From an uncultured Clostridium sp. (GTDB lineage: Bacteria; Bacillota; Clostridia; Oscillospirales; Acutalibacteraceae), in NCBI GenBank assembly GCA_964547575.1, contig CAZJOH010000002.1, forward strand, positions 1-59,329: DNA of 59,329 nt, read 5' to 3'. Positions 28,315 through 38,593 of this stretch are shown here, piece by piece. Positions within the stretch are counted from its first letter, which is position 1. Every line of letters starts with the position of its first letter. The translations under genes were made by a program, and so were the position numbers. The notes under the pieces are model-generated. The model made no database searches and had not been told where the DNA came from. It worked only from the letters and a program-made list of their open reading frames with translations.

Positions 28315-29394
28315 ATGAGGTATAAATTTTACGACCGCAAGTACAACTTTAAGTATTATTTTGACTCGGAAACGGGAACATATATCCGATCGGGAATCCT
28401 TGATGAAAACGGCAAGGATACGGGCCTTGACCCGTTTATGGCATCCTATCCGCATCTTATTGATGTGGGTATTATGGGGCATTGTATCCACGGTAAAACG
28501 GGTCTTTGTGCAAAAGCAGGTATCGGTTGTTATCAGAGCGGTATGCTTGTTGAACAACCGAATATGACGGTTGAGAATTTCAGAAAAATTGCCGAACAAT
28601 CAAAAGGTAAATGCAACCAGTTTGCGCTCGGCGGCAGGGGAGACCCCGATCAGCACGAACATTTTGAAGAGATTCTTGAGATCTGCCGTGAAAATATTCT
28701 TGTTCCTAATTTCACAACATCGGGTTACGGCATGACTCCCGAAATTGCGGCACTATGCCAAAAATACTGCGGTGCGGTTGCGGTAAGCTGGTACAGAAGT
28801 GAATATACGCTCAAAGCCATACAGAAGCTTCTTGATGCAGGTGTCAAAACCAATATTCATTATGTTCTCGGCAATAACAGTATTGATGAAGCCATCGAAC
28901 GGCTCAAAAATAATGATTTTCCCAAGGGAATAAATGCCGTCATTTTTCTTCTTCATAAGCCTGCAGGACAGGGCACAAAGTCAAATATGCTTTCTGTCGA
29001 TGACCCGAGAGTTGAAGAATTTTTTGCTCAGCTTGATAACCGTCATCCGTTCAAGGTCGGAATGGACAGTTGCAATGTTCCGGGTGCAATAAAGTTCTGT
29101 AAATCTATTCTGCCAGAATCTCTTGACACTTGCGAGGGCGGAAGATACAGTTGTTATATCGGTGCCGATATGATTATGGTGCCTTGCAGTTTTGATCAGG
29201 AGAAGCGATATGAGGTTTCTCTTGCTGACAAAACTATTGAAGAAGCGTGGAACAGCGAACAGTTTGAACTGTTCCGCAACAAAATGCGCCGAGCATGCCC
29301 CGTATGCGAAAAAAAGGAACTTTGCATGGGCGGATGTCCGCTTATGCCGGAAATAGTATTCTGCAACAGCGATAAGAGAATTGTGGAGGAATAA
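28315..29394 (+). CDS. Radical SAM/SPASM enzyme with atypical CX7CX6C cluster motif
   Basis: CIHGKTGLCAKAGIGCYQ; GGRGDP; FTTSG; SPASM CEGGRYSCYI...VPCSF...CPVCEKKELCMGGC. Confidence 0.88.
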   Translation: MRYKFYDRKYNFKYYFDSETGTYIRSGILDENGKDTGLDPFMASYPHLIDVGIMGHCIHGKTGLCAKAGIGCYQSGMLVEQPNMTVENFRKIAEQSKGKCNQFALGGRGDPDQHEHFEEILEICRENILVPNFTTSGYGMTPEIAALCQKYCGAVAVSWYRSEYTLKAIQKLLDAGVKTNIHYVLGNNSIDEAIERLKNNDFPKGINAVIFLLHKPAGQGTKSNMLSVDDPRVEEFFAQLDNRHPFKVGMDSCNVPGAIKFCKSILPESLDTCEGGRYSCYIGADMIMVPCSFDQEKRYEVSLADKTIEEAWNSEQFELFRNKMRRACPVCEKKELCMGGCPLMPEIVFCNSDKRIVEE

Positions 29395-29397
29395 ACT

Positions 29398-32300
29398 ATG
29401 AAAATCAGACTGGATTTTGTTACCAACTCATCAAGCTCAAGTTTTGTTTGTTATGCTATCCGCAGTCCTGAACTTGCGGAATTGATTGAGGCGTGTAATT
29501 GCAAAGAGTATATTGAAGCTTGCAGTTTCATCGAAACGGGACCGGAAGGCATTGTTGTCAACAGAGAGATAGGTGCTTTTTATGATGTGAGTGACCTGGA
29601 TTTGCATATAGATAAGCTTGGATTGGCTGTGGCTATCGGTGATACAGAAAGCGAGTATGCAGCGAATGATTTCAGATACACCGAAGAACATGAAGCGGAA
29701 GATGCCAAGAAAGTGCTTGACTGGGATATGGTGCGCACTGCTGTTGAAGAATTCCTGGACGATGATTTTGACACGGAAGAAAAAATATTAGACTTGATTG
29801 ACGAACTTCCCGCAGACAGTGTTACCTGCAAAATTTTTGAAGCTCAGACCGACGGTGACAGCTTCTATGGCTATGATAATTTCTTCCGTTCAACATTTGG
29901 TGCTTCTTCAGATTCCGCTTTTACCGTTGTTGACGGAACAATAACGGAATATCATCCCGAAAACGAGTGGTATGAAGGCGGAAGATGTGAAGAATATATC
30001 TGGAGAAACATCGGAAAAAACGCTTTTGAAAAAACAAAAATCTTTTCTGTTGATTTCGGACCGGGCTGTGAAACCATAGGTAAAGAAGCATTCAAAAACT
30101 GTTCAAAGCTTTGCGAAGTTAATTTCTCGGAGTTCCACACTTATTTCGGTGAATACTCTTTTGAAAATTGCAAAAAACTTCCGTCGGTGATTGAACTTAA
30201 ATGTCCCTGGCTCAGGGAGATTCCCGAAGGTATGTTCAAAGGCTGTACATCTATAAAAAAAGTGATCCTGCCTGCGAGTATAAGAAAAATCGGCAAATGT
30301 GCTTTTGAGGGATGTACTTCTCTTCAGGAAATAGTTTTCAATGGTATCCTTGACGAAATCGGCGAAAATGCCTTTAAGGGATGTACCTTGTTGAAAAATC
30401 ATCCCGAAGCGGGAATTGAATACGGGCCGGATATCTGGACAGAACTTCACAAGAAATTCATGTATTCGCAAGACGGTTTGTTATATAAATATCTTGGCAG
30501 AGACAAGCGTGTTGTTCTGCCCGGAAAAATTGACGGAACATTCATCACGGGAATTTACTGTAATGCGTTTAACGATTCAACTCAGATAGAGGAACTGATT
30601 TTTTCTGACGGATTTGAGGACATAGACCTTGGCCATTCAGACAATGAAAATAAATTCGAGAACCTGAAATACATTTATTTGCCGGATTCTGTATCGGTTA
30701 TCCGCGAGCGATCATTTGCAAATTGCGTAAACCTCAAGGGTTTATACATTCCTGCAAGTGTTGAACAAATCGGAGATTGTGCATTTGCGGAATGCCCCAA
30801 TCTTGAAAATGTATATCTTGCAGGCGGTAAAGGCATATATGCCAGCGCCCTGAATACATCTCATTCACCCAGACTTGTTATTCGCGGAGAGGCAAAATCC
30901 CTTGCTCAGAAATATGCCAAGAGAGCAAATGTTCCTTTTGTGATTGACACAAGAAATCGTGAAACTATTGAAGCGATGCTTCTTGCCGAAGCACGCGGAC
31001 AAGTGTCTGATAATGATTTCTGGGAATATGACGAAACGATTACACCTGAAAAAGAGCTGAAGTCTGTTCTTAAGGATATTGACGAGGCTTATGAAACTCT
31101 TGAAATAATTCCTGAAAATTCAAATCAATTCAGCAAATATTTAAAAGGTATTACTCTTCACAGATTTATGAAGCTTGTTTCGGAAGTTTATAACAAGCCT
31201 CTCATACCATGGCTTACCGAAAACGGTTATATCAACCCGATGACCGATGAGGAAAAACTTGAGTTCATTTATAAAAAGCTTAAAGAAAGATATCCCGAAG
31301 GCTCTGAGTTGCCTGGAAGTGTGGGTGAAATAAAACATAAAAATTCGGATATAATTCTCACAACATTTGATAAACTTCTGGCAACAGTTGAAGGCAAAAC
31401 CGAAAAAGAATGGTTTACAGAAAAAGGATTCCTTGTTACAAAGGAAACGAAACAAGCTGAAAAAGCATCTAAAGCGGCCGAAGAGAAGGCAACAAAAGCT
31501 GCTGCGGAAAAAGCCGCACTTCTTGAGACGCTGAAGAATGTTGAGAAACGTGATGAAAGTGTTTTAACGGAAAGATATAAAGCGGTGCTTGAACGCACTC
31601 TCGCAAAACTCGAAGAGTTTTATCCTGAACATAAAACCTATGCAATGGATTCTCTTTGCAGTGGAGCTCGTGAAAATGCCGTAATTCTTTCGATGGATCT
31701 CGGATATAATTCGGTTATTGAATTCCTTTATGCCTATGGCTATGAGCCGGTTTCAGGTACAGAAGTCTATGAGTTGCGAAAGAATTGCGGCTACACTCCC
31801 GGCAACGAGCCTTCCGTGGTTAAGACAAGGGTTGACAATACAATTGAGAAACTCAACGAATATTATCCGGATCATATTATTGAAGAGGCAATCCAAAAAT
31901 CACACAGCAGTCTTGCCGACACAATAGCAGGTCTCTGGCAGTGGCTGGGATATAAGGATTCAACGGCTTTCCTTGCAGCTTACGGCTTTACTTATACCGC
32001 TAAAGCAGGCGGACAAGTTAAAGTCGATCCGGCTGCCATAATTGATGAACTTAAAAGACGATATCCTGAAGGTACGGATATGTCAGTTCAACAAATTACC
32101 GCAGATAATAAGGATTTATCCATTAAAACACTCAGTAATACTGCACATCAACTGTTTGGAATGAAGTTGAGTGATTATCTGTACGAACAAGGCATACTCA
32201 GCAACCCGCCCAGAGGTTATAGTGGTTATAAACGACCAGAAAAGCCAACATCAGTTCAGTCTGGAGTAACAGAATCGGTAGCTGAAGAAAAGATTGAATC

Positions 32301-32586
32301 AACAACAGAAATATCTGTTATTTCCGAAACAAAAGCAGAAATTCAGGTTGCAGAATCTCATGCTGACAAAGATGACGAAACCATTCTCAAAGAATACACT
32401 GAACTTCTCACAAGCCGTATCGGCACATATCCGAAGAAAAATATTTCTTTTGAAGATCTTAAGTTCTTCAATTCCGATATTTCGTTCGGTGCACTCAACA
32501 GAATCACAATAAAGCTTTATGGTGAAAAAGCAATAAGATATTGCACCCGAATGGGTTTTATGAAAGATAAAGAGGAGGAACAATAA
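29398..32586 (+). CDS. Large protein: N-terminal FVTNSSSSSF motif, BspA-type LRRs, C-terminal helical repeats
   Basis: MKIRLDFVTNSSSSSFV; IGxxAFxxCxxL repeats; LxxxYPE repeats; no signal peptide. Confidence 0.85.
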   Translation: MKIRLDFVTNSSSSSFVCYAIRSPELAELIEACNCKEYIEACSFIETGPEGIVVNREIGAFYDVSDLDLHIDKLGLAVAIGDTESEYAANDFRYTEEHEAEDAKKVLDWDMVRTAVEEFLDDDFDTEEKILDLIDELPADSVTCKIFEAQTDGDSFYGYDNFFRSTFGASSDSAFTVVDGTITEYHPENEWYEGGRCEEYIWRNIGKNAFEKTKIFSVDFGPGCETIGKEAFKNCSKLCEVNFSEFHTYFGEYSFENCKKLPSVIELKCPWLREIPEGMFKGCTSIKKVILPASIRKIGKCAFEGCTSLQEIVFNGILDEIGENAFKGCTLLKNHPEAGIEYGPDIWTELHKKFMYSQDGLLYKYLGRDKRVVLPGKIDGTFITGIYCNAFNDSTQIEELIFSDGFEDIDLGHSDNENKFENLKYIYLPDSVSVIRERSFANCVNLKGLYIPASVEQIGDCAFAECPNLENVYLAGGKGIYASALNTSHSPRLVIRGEAKSLAQKYAKRANVPFVIDTRNRETIEAMLLAEARGQVSDNDFWEYDETITPEKELKSVLKDIDEAYETLEIIPENSNQFSKYLKGITLHRFMKLVSEVYNKPLIPWLTENGYINPMTDEEKLEFIYKKLKERYPEGSELPGSVGEIKHKNSDIILTTFDKLLATVEGKTEKEWFTEKGFLVTKETKQAEKASKAAEEKATKAAAEKAALLETLKNVEKRDESVLTERYKAVLERTLAKLEEFYPEHKTYAMDSLCSGARENAVILSMDLGYNSVIEFLYAYGYEPVSGTEVYELRKNCGYTPGNEPSVVKTRVDNTIEKLNEYYPDHIIEEAIQKSHSSLADTIAGLWQWLGYKDSTAFLAAYGFTYTAKAGGQVKVDPAAIIDELKRRYPEGTDMSVQQITADNKDLSIKTLSNTAHQLFGMKLSDYLYEQGILSNPPRGYSGYKRPEKPTSVQSGVTESVAEEKIESTTEISVISETKAEIQVAESHADKDDETILKEYTELLTSRIGTYPKKNISFEDLKFFNSDISFGALNRITIKLYGEKAIRYCTRMGFMKDKEEEQ

Positions 32587-35500
32587 TGGCAACACCCAAA
32601 TATAGTAAACATGTAGAAGCTGTAATCGATATGCTTGATCAGGGTTCGGTGGGATGGGAAGCTATTGATAAAAATTTCGACCGCACTGCTTTTAAAAAAT
32701 ACGTTGTTAAACATGCACAGTTTTACACTTTGGCAACATGTTGTTCTTTTTTGATTGACCGTGAAAATGCATCGGAATTTATGGAATACTTTTGCACGGA
32801 TGAAGTTGTAAAGGAGTTTGGTTTGGATTCGGAAATGAATCTCAAAGTTTTGGGACTTGTCAAAATGGGTTTTATCGACGATGATGAAATGTATTTTGAT
32901 ATTTCTCCTTATATGGGTAATCTTTTTACTGCCGAAACATCGGAAAACCCTTCTGTATATCTTGATATATTCAAAAGACTCGACAAAATATATCCCGAAT
33001 TTGAAGCTTTCAGGCAGATACATGATATGCTTGAAAACTCAACAGTTTCCGATTCAAAGACTGTTTCCAAACCCAAAGAAAACAAGCTGCCACAAAATGT
33101 TTATATGACAGATGGCGGTTATGTAACCGTCAATGATGACTTTGCTATTCAGCTTCCCGAAGGCTGGGTCTACACTTCAGACGGTAAACATAACGGTGAT
33201 CGTCCATTTGCAGCTATGGAAGCCAAAGGCTACGATGGCGGTATGATAGCTTATGCCGATAACTGCTTCGTTGTGTTCCGTCTTGATCCGCCCGATATGG
33301 GCTTTTTGTCACAGATTGCAGGCGGTTTGCTTGGACGCGAAGAAAATGACCTTATCTTCCGTCCGAATCTCAATGTAAGTGTTTCATACAGAGATGAGGA
33401 TGATTCAACATACGGTCAATATGTGTTTATAAATACTGCAAAAGGCTGCTATACTATTCAGTATTTCTATAAAAACGCAAAGCAGACTGCTGCACAGCGC
33501 CATGCTTCAATGGAAAAAGTGCTGAACACAATCTGTATTGTGAATGAAATACCTGCAGGCAAAAAGGCAAAGCAGGTGAGTTCGGTTCAAAGCAGTTCTG
33601 CAACAAAGACTGCAAGCAGCGCATCTAAAATCTTTGCAATGAGCGGCACAACTCTCGTCAAATATAACGGCAAATCATTCCAGCCTGAAATTCCTGAGGA
33701 TGTAACTGTTATCGGTGCAGGCGCTTTTGCCGATAACGAAGAAGTCTGGAAAGTACATCTCAGAAAAGGTGTTACAAGGATTGAAAGCGGAGCTTTCACG
33801 GGAATGAGACTGAGAGAGCTTATGGTTGCTCCCACAGTTACATATATCGCCGATGATGCTTTTGACCTTGCACCTCAGACTGAATTGGGCAGGCTGATGG
33901 CAGTCGGAAAATATATTCCCGAAATGGAAGTTATGGTTGTCAAGGGAAGTTATGCAGATAATTATTTCAAGACAGTTGACATTGAAAAACTAAAAATAAC
34001 ATATGTCACCGAAAAGAAAACCGAGCAGAAAAAGAAGAAAACCCTGCAATCAACCGAGCTTAAATCCGCTTCAACAGATATATCCGAAGCAAGCCGTAAA
34101 TATTTTGATAAGTTTGAAAAGTGTAAGGTTATTGATTCAAGAAAGAAGCTTCTCATCAAAAATCAGGAAAGACGCATTGAAGAAAATCCCTTGGGCTGCG
34201 ATGCAATGGTTGTTAATCTTTGGGATTATCTTGAGGAGAAATATCCCAAGGAAGTCAACATTGAAAGAGCTTATGACTGTTTCCTGAAAAAAGAAGGTTA
34301 TTGTTCAACTGTAAATGTTTCTGGTATTGCCGAAAAATACGCTTCTTTGTTCAGAGTTGATTCCGATTCCTTTAACCCCAAGAATGATCTGGAAGCCGAA
34401 ATTCATGCAGGCTATATCAAGCATATCGGAATGCTCCATTCGTTCAAATCCGTTATTTATACAGCTTTTGTTTATTGCGAAAAGAATAAAAAGAAATTTG
34501 CTGATATGTCTGTTGAGGAAATTGTTGCAGTCGGCGATTTTATCAATGATTGCGGCGGAACCAACTTCAAGGCCGGTGGAAACGCAAAAGGCCCCGCATC
34601 GCTTATTCACACTTCCGAACTCAATTATTGTTGCCATGCAGAAAATGTCTTTTTGTTGGGTAAAGTCAACTACGGTTTCAAAGAGGATTTCGTTTATGAT
34701 GTTGTAAGAGTTAAGAAGGAACTTCTGGAAGTTGAGCCCTTGATGAAAAAAATCCACGGATATCTTGAAGAAAAACGTGACCGTACCGAACCGTTGACAG
34801 GTGTTCTTGCGGATGCACTTGCAGTATGGTGTACTCTGGCTCTTTCAAGCTATCAGCCGTTTGCTGTTGTAGAAGGTCTGGCAGATTATGACATTGAACC
34901 GTATGAGGAGGGTGGCAAACCGAAGAAGTTGCCCGATTACACTCACCTTATAACAGAAGAAAACGGTGTAGGGTATTGTGAAGATTGCCTTATATATAAT
35001 CATTCAACAGATATGACGCTTAAAATAAAAGAGGGTATTACAAGGAGCGTTTGGGGAGGAGCAAAGAGACCGGTCAGTGCAAATGAATATTTTTATTCAT
35101 CAGGTAAAGCTCAAGAAGTTATTCTGCCCAAGGGTGTAAAAAGTATAGGAGACAGACAATTCAGGTTTGGTCCTGAAGTTAAACGCGTTGTAGTAACTTC
35201 AGACGAAGTGGCATTATATAAAGAACCGTTTGAATTCGGAAATCTTGAAGAAGTTGTTATTACAGGAAGAAAAACATCCATATATAACGACGCTTTTAAA
35301 ATTTCTACCTATACGCTCAGCAAACATCCTTTTACGGTTACTCTTAATGAGGGCGTGGCTTTTATAGGTAACGAAGCCTTTATCAATTATCAAGTGGATA
35401 AATACAACATCGTTGTTTATAAAGACAGCTATGCTGAAAAACGCCTGAGAGAGATAGGCAACCAAAACTTTACGGTTATCCTTTCCGAAAAGCAAAAAGC

Positions 35501-35813
35501 CGAAGAAGCCGAAAGACAGCGACTTAAGAGAGAAACTGAAGAGAAGGCTCGCAGAGAGGCTGAGGAACGCCGCCGCCGTGAAGCTGAAGCAAAACGTATT
35601 GCCGAAGAAAAGCGTATTGCAGAAGAAAAACGCATAGCCGCACAGCGCAAGAGTGAATACGATGCTCTTGTTGCTGAAAAAGAACAGCTTCTCAAAACAA
35701 TCGCAGAGAACAAAGGTCTCTTCGGCGAAAAGGCCCGACGCCGCAAAGAAGCAAAAGCAAAGCTCGAAGAAGTTGAAGCGAAGATGAACACTTATCCTGA
35801 ATTCAGTAAATAA
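32586..35813 (+). CDS. Large multidomain protein with degenerate BspA-type LRRs and charged coiled-coil tail
   Basis: IPEDVTVIGAGAF, GVTRIESGAF, LPKGVKSIGDRQF; EEKRIA repeats; TAATG overlap with the upstream gene. Confidence 0.8.
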   Translation: MATPKYSKHVEAVIDMLDQGSVGWEAIDKNFDRTAFKKYVVKHAQFYTLATCCSFLIDRENASEFMEYFCTDEVVKEFGLDSEMNLKVLGLVKMGFIDDDEMYFDISPYMGNLFTAETSENPSVYLDIFKRLDKIYPEFEAFRQIHDMLENSTVSDSKTVSKPKENKLPQNVYMTDGGYVTVNDDFAIQLPEGWVYTSDGKHNGDRPFAAMEAKGYDGGMIAYADNCFVVFRLDPPDMGFLSQIAGGLLGREENDLIFRPNLNVSVSYRDEDDSTYGQYVFINTAKGCYTIQYFYKNAKQTAAQRHASMEKVLNTICIVNEIPAGKKAKQVSSVQSSSATKTASSASKIFAMSGTTLVKYNGKSFQPEIPEDVTVIGAGAFADNEEVWKVHLRKGVTRIESGAFTGMRLRELMVAPTVTYIADDAFDLAPQTELGRLMAVGKYIPEMEVMVVKGSYADNYFKTVDIEKLKITYVTEKKTEQKKKKTLQSTELKSASTDISEASRKYFDKFEKCKVIDSRKKLLIKNQERRIEENPLGCDAMVVNLWDYLEEKYPKEVNIERAYDCFLKKEGYCSTVNVSGIAEKYASLFRVDSDSFNPKNDLEAEIHAGYIKHIGMLHSFKSVIYTAFVYCEKNKKKFADMSVEEIVAVGDFINDCGGTNFKAGGNAKGPASLIHTSELNYCCHAENVFLLGKVNYGFKEDFVYDVVRVKKELLEVEPLMKKIHGYLEEKRDRTEPLTGVLADALAVWCTLALSSYQPFAVVEGLADYDIEPYEEGGKPKKLPDYTHLITEENGVGYCEDCLIYNHSTDMTLKIKEGITRSVWGGAKRPVSANEYFYSSGKAQEVILPKGVKSIGDRQFRFGPEVKRVVVTSDEVALYKEPFEFGNLEEVVITGRKTSIYNDAFKISTYTLSKHPFTVTLNEGVAFIGNEAFINYQVDKYNIVVYKDSYAEKRLREIGNQNFTVILSEKQKAEEAERQRLKRETEEKARREAEERRRREAEAKRIAEEKRIAEEKRIAAQRKSEYDALVAEKEQLLKTIAENKGLFGEKARRRKEAKAKLEEVEAKMNTYPEFSK

Positions 35814-35820
35814 ACCTGAA

Positions 35821-35853
35821 CAACCCGGAGTGCATATGCATTCCGGGTTTGTT
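35821..35853 (+). terminator. Terminator hairpin
   Basis: AACCCGGAGTGCAT/ATGCATTCCGGGTT. Confidence 0.65.
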
Positions 35854-35903
35854 GATTAAAAGCGATATTTAGTGTTCCTAATTGCCTTGCTATAAAATTT
35901 GTA

Positions 35904-35964
35904 GTATTAATATATATTATATTATTAGAATATAATAGTAAAGTAATATAATATATATTAATAC
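35904..35964. repeat. Perfect 21-bp AT-rich inverted repeat
   Basis: GTATTAATATATATTATATTA (35904-35924) and TAATATAATATATATTAATAC (35944-35964), 19-bp spacer. Confidence 0.9.
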
Positions 35965-36166
35965 CAAATAAAAACTCAAAACCCGATTCCATTTTTGGAG
36001 TCGGGCTTTTTGTTTACTATACATTTAATATATGTTGCAGCGTATTTGGGCGCTTTTAGGGTTCAACGGGTTTTTCTAAATCAATCTTACATACTTTCTA
36101 TGAAAACTCTCCCAAATTAAATTATAACTAAAAAAATTCAAGTGTCAATACTTGTTGGAGGTTAAT

Positions 36167-38356
36167 GTGAAAAAAACAGAACTTATACAAATTCTTGATT
36201 CTCCCAAACAGCTACCTTTTGGTAATCAGTTTGTAGCTAAATGTCCTTGTCACGATGACGAGCATCCCAGTCTATACATTAAGGAAGACGAAGAAACAGG
36301 CAATATACTTCTTTATTGTATGGCGGGGTGCAAAACAGAAGATATTGTTAAAGCGTTGGGTCTGGAAATGAAGGATCTTTTCACCAATGACAATAGCGGT
36401 CATACAAAAAGCTATGATCAGAAAGAAAAAGCTTATTTTTATTACGATAAGGCAGGAGTTCAGATTGCCAAAAAAGTGTGTTACGGCCACTCGGACAGTT
36501 CTAAATCTTTTTGTTGGTTTCATTTAGAAAACAACGAGTGGGTTAAAGGCTTGAATGGCATCAATGTTCTTTTGTACAATCTTCCGTCCGTTTTAAATGC
36601 TGCAGAAACAATTTATATAGTTGAAGGCGAGAAAGACGCCGATTCTCTTCAACAAATGGGCTATATTGCAACCACGCCCCCACATGGTGCAGGGCATAAA
36701 TGGGATTCGAAGAATTACAACAAATTCTTCAAAAACAAAGATGTGGTTATTCTGGCGGACAATGATGATATCGGAAAAACGCATGCAAAAGATGTGGCAT
36801 CCTGTGTTTCAGGCGTTGCTAAAAGCGTCAAACTCATCCTTTCCGAAAATATCTGTTGTGATCTTAAGGAACACGGCGATATTTCCGATATAATCGAAAT
36901 TTTGGGCTATGACGATACAAAAGACCTTCTTGATGTGATTGTTGAAAATACAGCGTTTTATTCTGCTCCCAAAACAGAAATCGGAGTTATGCCAAGCTTT
37001 TGTTATTCCAACGGAACCAAGGTGTGTGTTAATCCCGCTTTGCTTGCTGAACAAATCAAAGAAGACGGTATGTTTACTCTGGTTAAAGATAACGAGTACA
37101 GCAATAACAGTGTATGGTTGTTTAGCAACGGCAGATATCGCAGATGTTCGGACGATGATGTTAAAGCGGTTATCAGTTCCTATATAACTGATTACGATAA
37201 AAGCATTTTGAAGATGTCTGTCGTAAAAGAGACATTGGAGATTATTAAGGCGAACTCAGACTACATATTGTTCTCTTACTTTGACCAAGATGAGAATATC
37301 ATCAATTTCAAAAACGGAGTTCTTAAATTAGATACAATGGAGTTCTTGCCTCATTCTCCCGAATATTTATCAACCATTCAGATCAACGCAGAATGGTCAG
37401 ATAACACGGGAGAAACACCAGTATTTGATGCATATTTAGATATGCTCACTAACGGTAATGAAGACTTAAAGAAATTGTTGCTTCAGATTATAGGTTTGTG
37501 TATTTCTAATGTGAGCGGCTATCGTACAAAGAAGTGCCTCTTCCTTGTGGGAGAGGGAAATACCGGGAAAACCAGAATTAAACTGCTTGCAGAAAGAATT
37601 ATCGGCGAAGAATACTGTTGTTCACTTGATATTTCAGATCTTGAAACACGCTTCGGTCCATCGGCTCTGATTGGCAAAAGGGTTGCAGGCAGTGCAGATT
37701 TGGAATTCGGTACTGCAAGTCAGCTTAAAGTTTTAAAGCAACTTGTCGGCGGGGACACAGTAATAGTTGAAGAAAAATTCAAGTCTCCGGTTTCGTTCAG
37801 GTTTAACGGTTTCCTTTGGTTTGGCGCAAATAAAATGCCGTTCTTTGGCGGAGATAAAGGTCCGTGGGTGTATGAACGCTTAATTATTGTGCCCTGCAAC
37901 AATGTTGTTCCTCCTGAAAAAAGAGACCCTTTTATTGTTGAAAAGATGATGGAAGAAAGAAACGGTATCGTTCAGAAAGCTGTTGTTGCTTTAAAAGAGC
38001 TTATCGCAAACAACTTCAAGTTTTCTATTCCTGAGGTTTGCAACGAAGAACTTGAAAAATACAAAAAGCTTAACAGCTCCGCCGTTTCATTTTTTGAAGA
38101 GTGCTGCAAGCTTAGACCTGAAGGCGTGCCAATCGCATATAATGACGAGAAAACTATGGCCTATATAAGACGTGTTTTCAATAATTGGTGCAAAATCAAT
38201 TTTGGAAAAACAATTATGTCATCCAAAGATTTCGATAATGAAATTGCTCAATACCTTAAGAAAACTCCTGAGGAGTTAAAAACAAGAACAAGCAGCAAAA
38301 GATATTATATATTCACATTGACGGAAGAAGCTGTCGATGATTACAAATATCTTTAA
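36167..38356 (+). CDS. P4-family primase-helicase (zinc finger, TOPRIM, D5_N, SF3 helicase)
   Basis: CPCHDD...CMAGC; IVEGEKD, LADNDD; INFKNGVL; GEGNTGKT; GTG start after GGAGG. Confidence 0.92.
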   Translation: MKKTELIQILDSPKQLPFGNQFVAKCPCHDDEHPSLYIKEDEETGNILLYCMAGCKTEDIVKALGLEMKDLFTNDNSGHTKSYDQKEKAYFYYDKAGVQIAKKVCYGHSDSSKSFCWFHLENNEWVKGLNGINVLLYNLPSVLNAAETIYIVEGEKDADSLQQMGYIATTPPHGAGHKWDSKNYNKFFKNKDVVILADNDDIGKTHAKDVASCVSGVAKSVKLILSENICCDLKEHGDISDIIEILGYDDTKDLLDVIVENTAFYSAPKTEIGVMPSFCYSNGTKVCVNPALLAEQIKEDGMFTLVKDNEYSNNSVWLFSNGRYRRCSDDDVKAVISSYITDYDKSILKMSVVKETLEIIKANSDYILFSYFDQDENIINFKNGVLKLDTMEFLPHSPEYLSTIQINAEWSDNTGETPVFDAYLDMLTNGNEDLKKLLLQIIGLCISNVSGYRTKKCLFLVGEGNTGKTRIKLLAERIIGEEYCCSLDISDLETRFGPSALIGKRVAGSADLEFGTASQLKVLKQLVGGDTVIVEEKFKSPVSFRFNGFLWFGANKMPFFGGDKGPWVYERLIIVPCNNVVPPEKRDPFIVEKMMEERNGIVQKAVVALKELIANNFKFSIPEVCNEELEKYKKLNSSAVSFFEECCKLRPEGVPIAYNDEKTMAYIRRVFNNWCKINFGKTIMSSKDFDNEIAQYLKKTPEELKTRTSSKRYYIFTLTEEAVDDYKYL

Positions 38357-38360
38357 TTAT

Positions 38361-38550
38361 GCTGACACTGAAATGACATTGCTTCAAAAACATTTGTCAT
38401 TTGAAGATGCCTTATTTTTCAATGGGTTTTACTCTTAAATGACAAAATGACAAGTTTTTTATTATTAGCTAAAGAAAAAATACAAATACTAATCAATTTA
38501 AAAGAAGGACAAGCTTGTTACCCGAGTTGTCATTCTTCGCAATGTCATCA
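38361..38550. repeat. (A)TGACA iteron-like cluster, candidate replication origin
   Basis: Seven TGACA/TGTCA copies (38363, 38374, 38395, 38440, 38448, 38528, 38543) around an AT-rich stretch directly after the primase stop. Confidence 0.6.
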
Positions 38551-38593
38551 TCAGTTTTCGGGGTGAAAAAATAAACAGAAAGAAGGCAATTAT

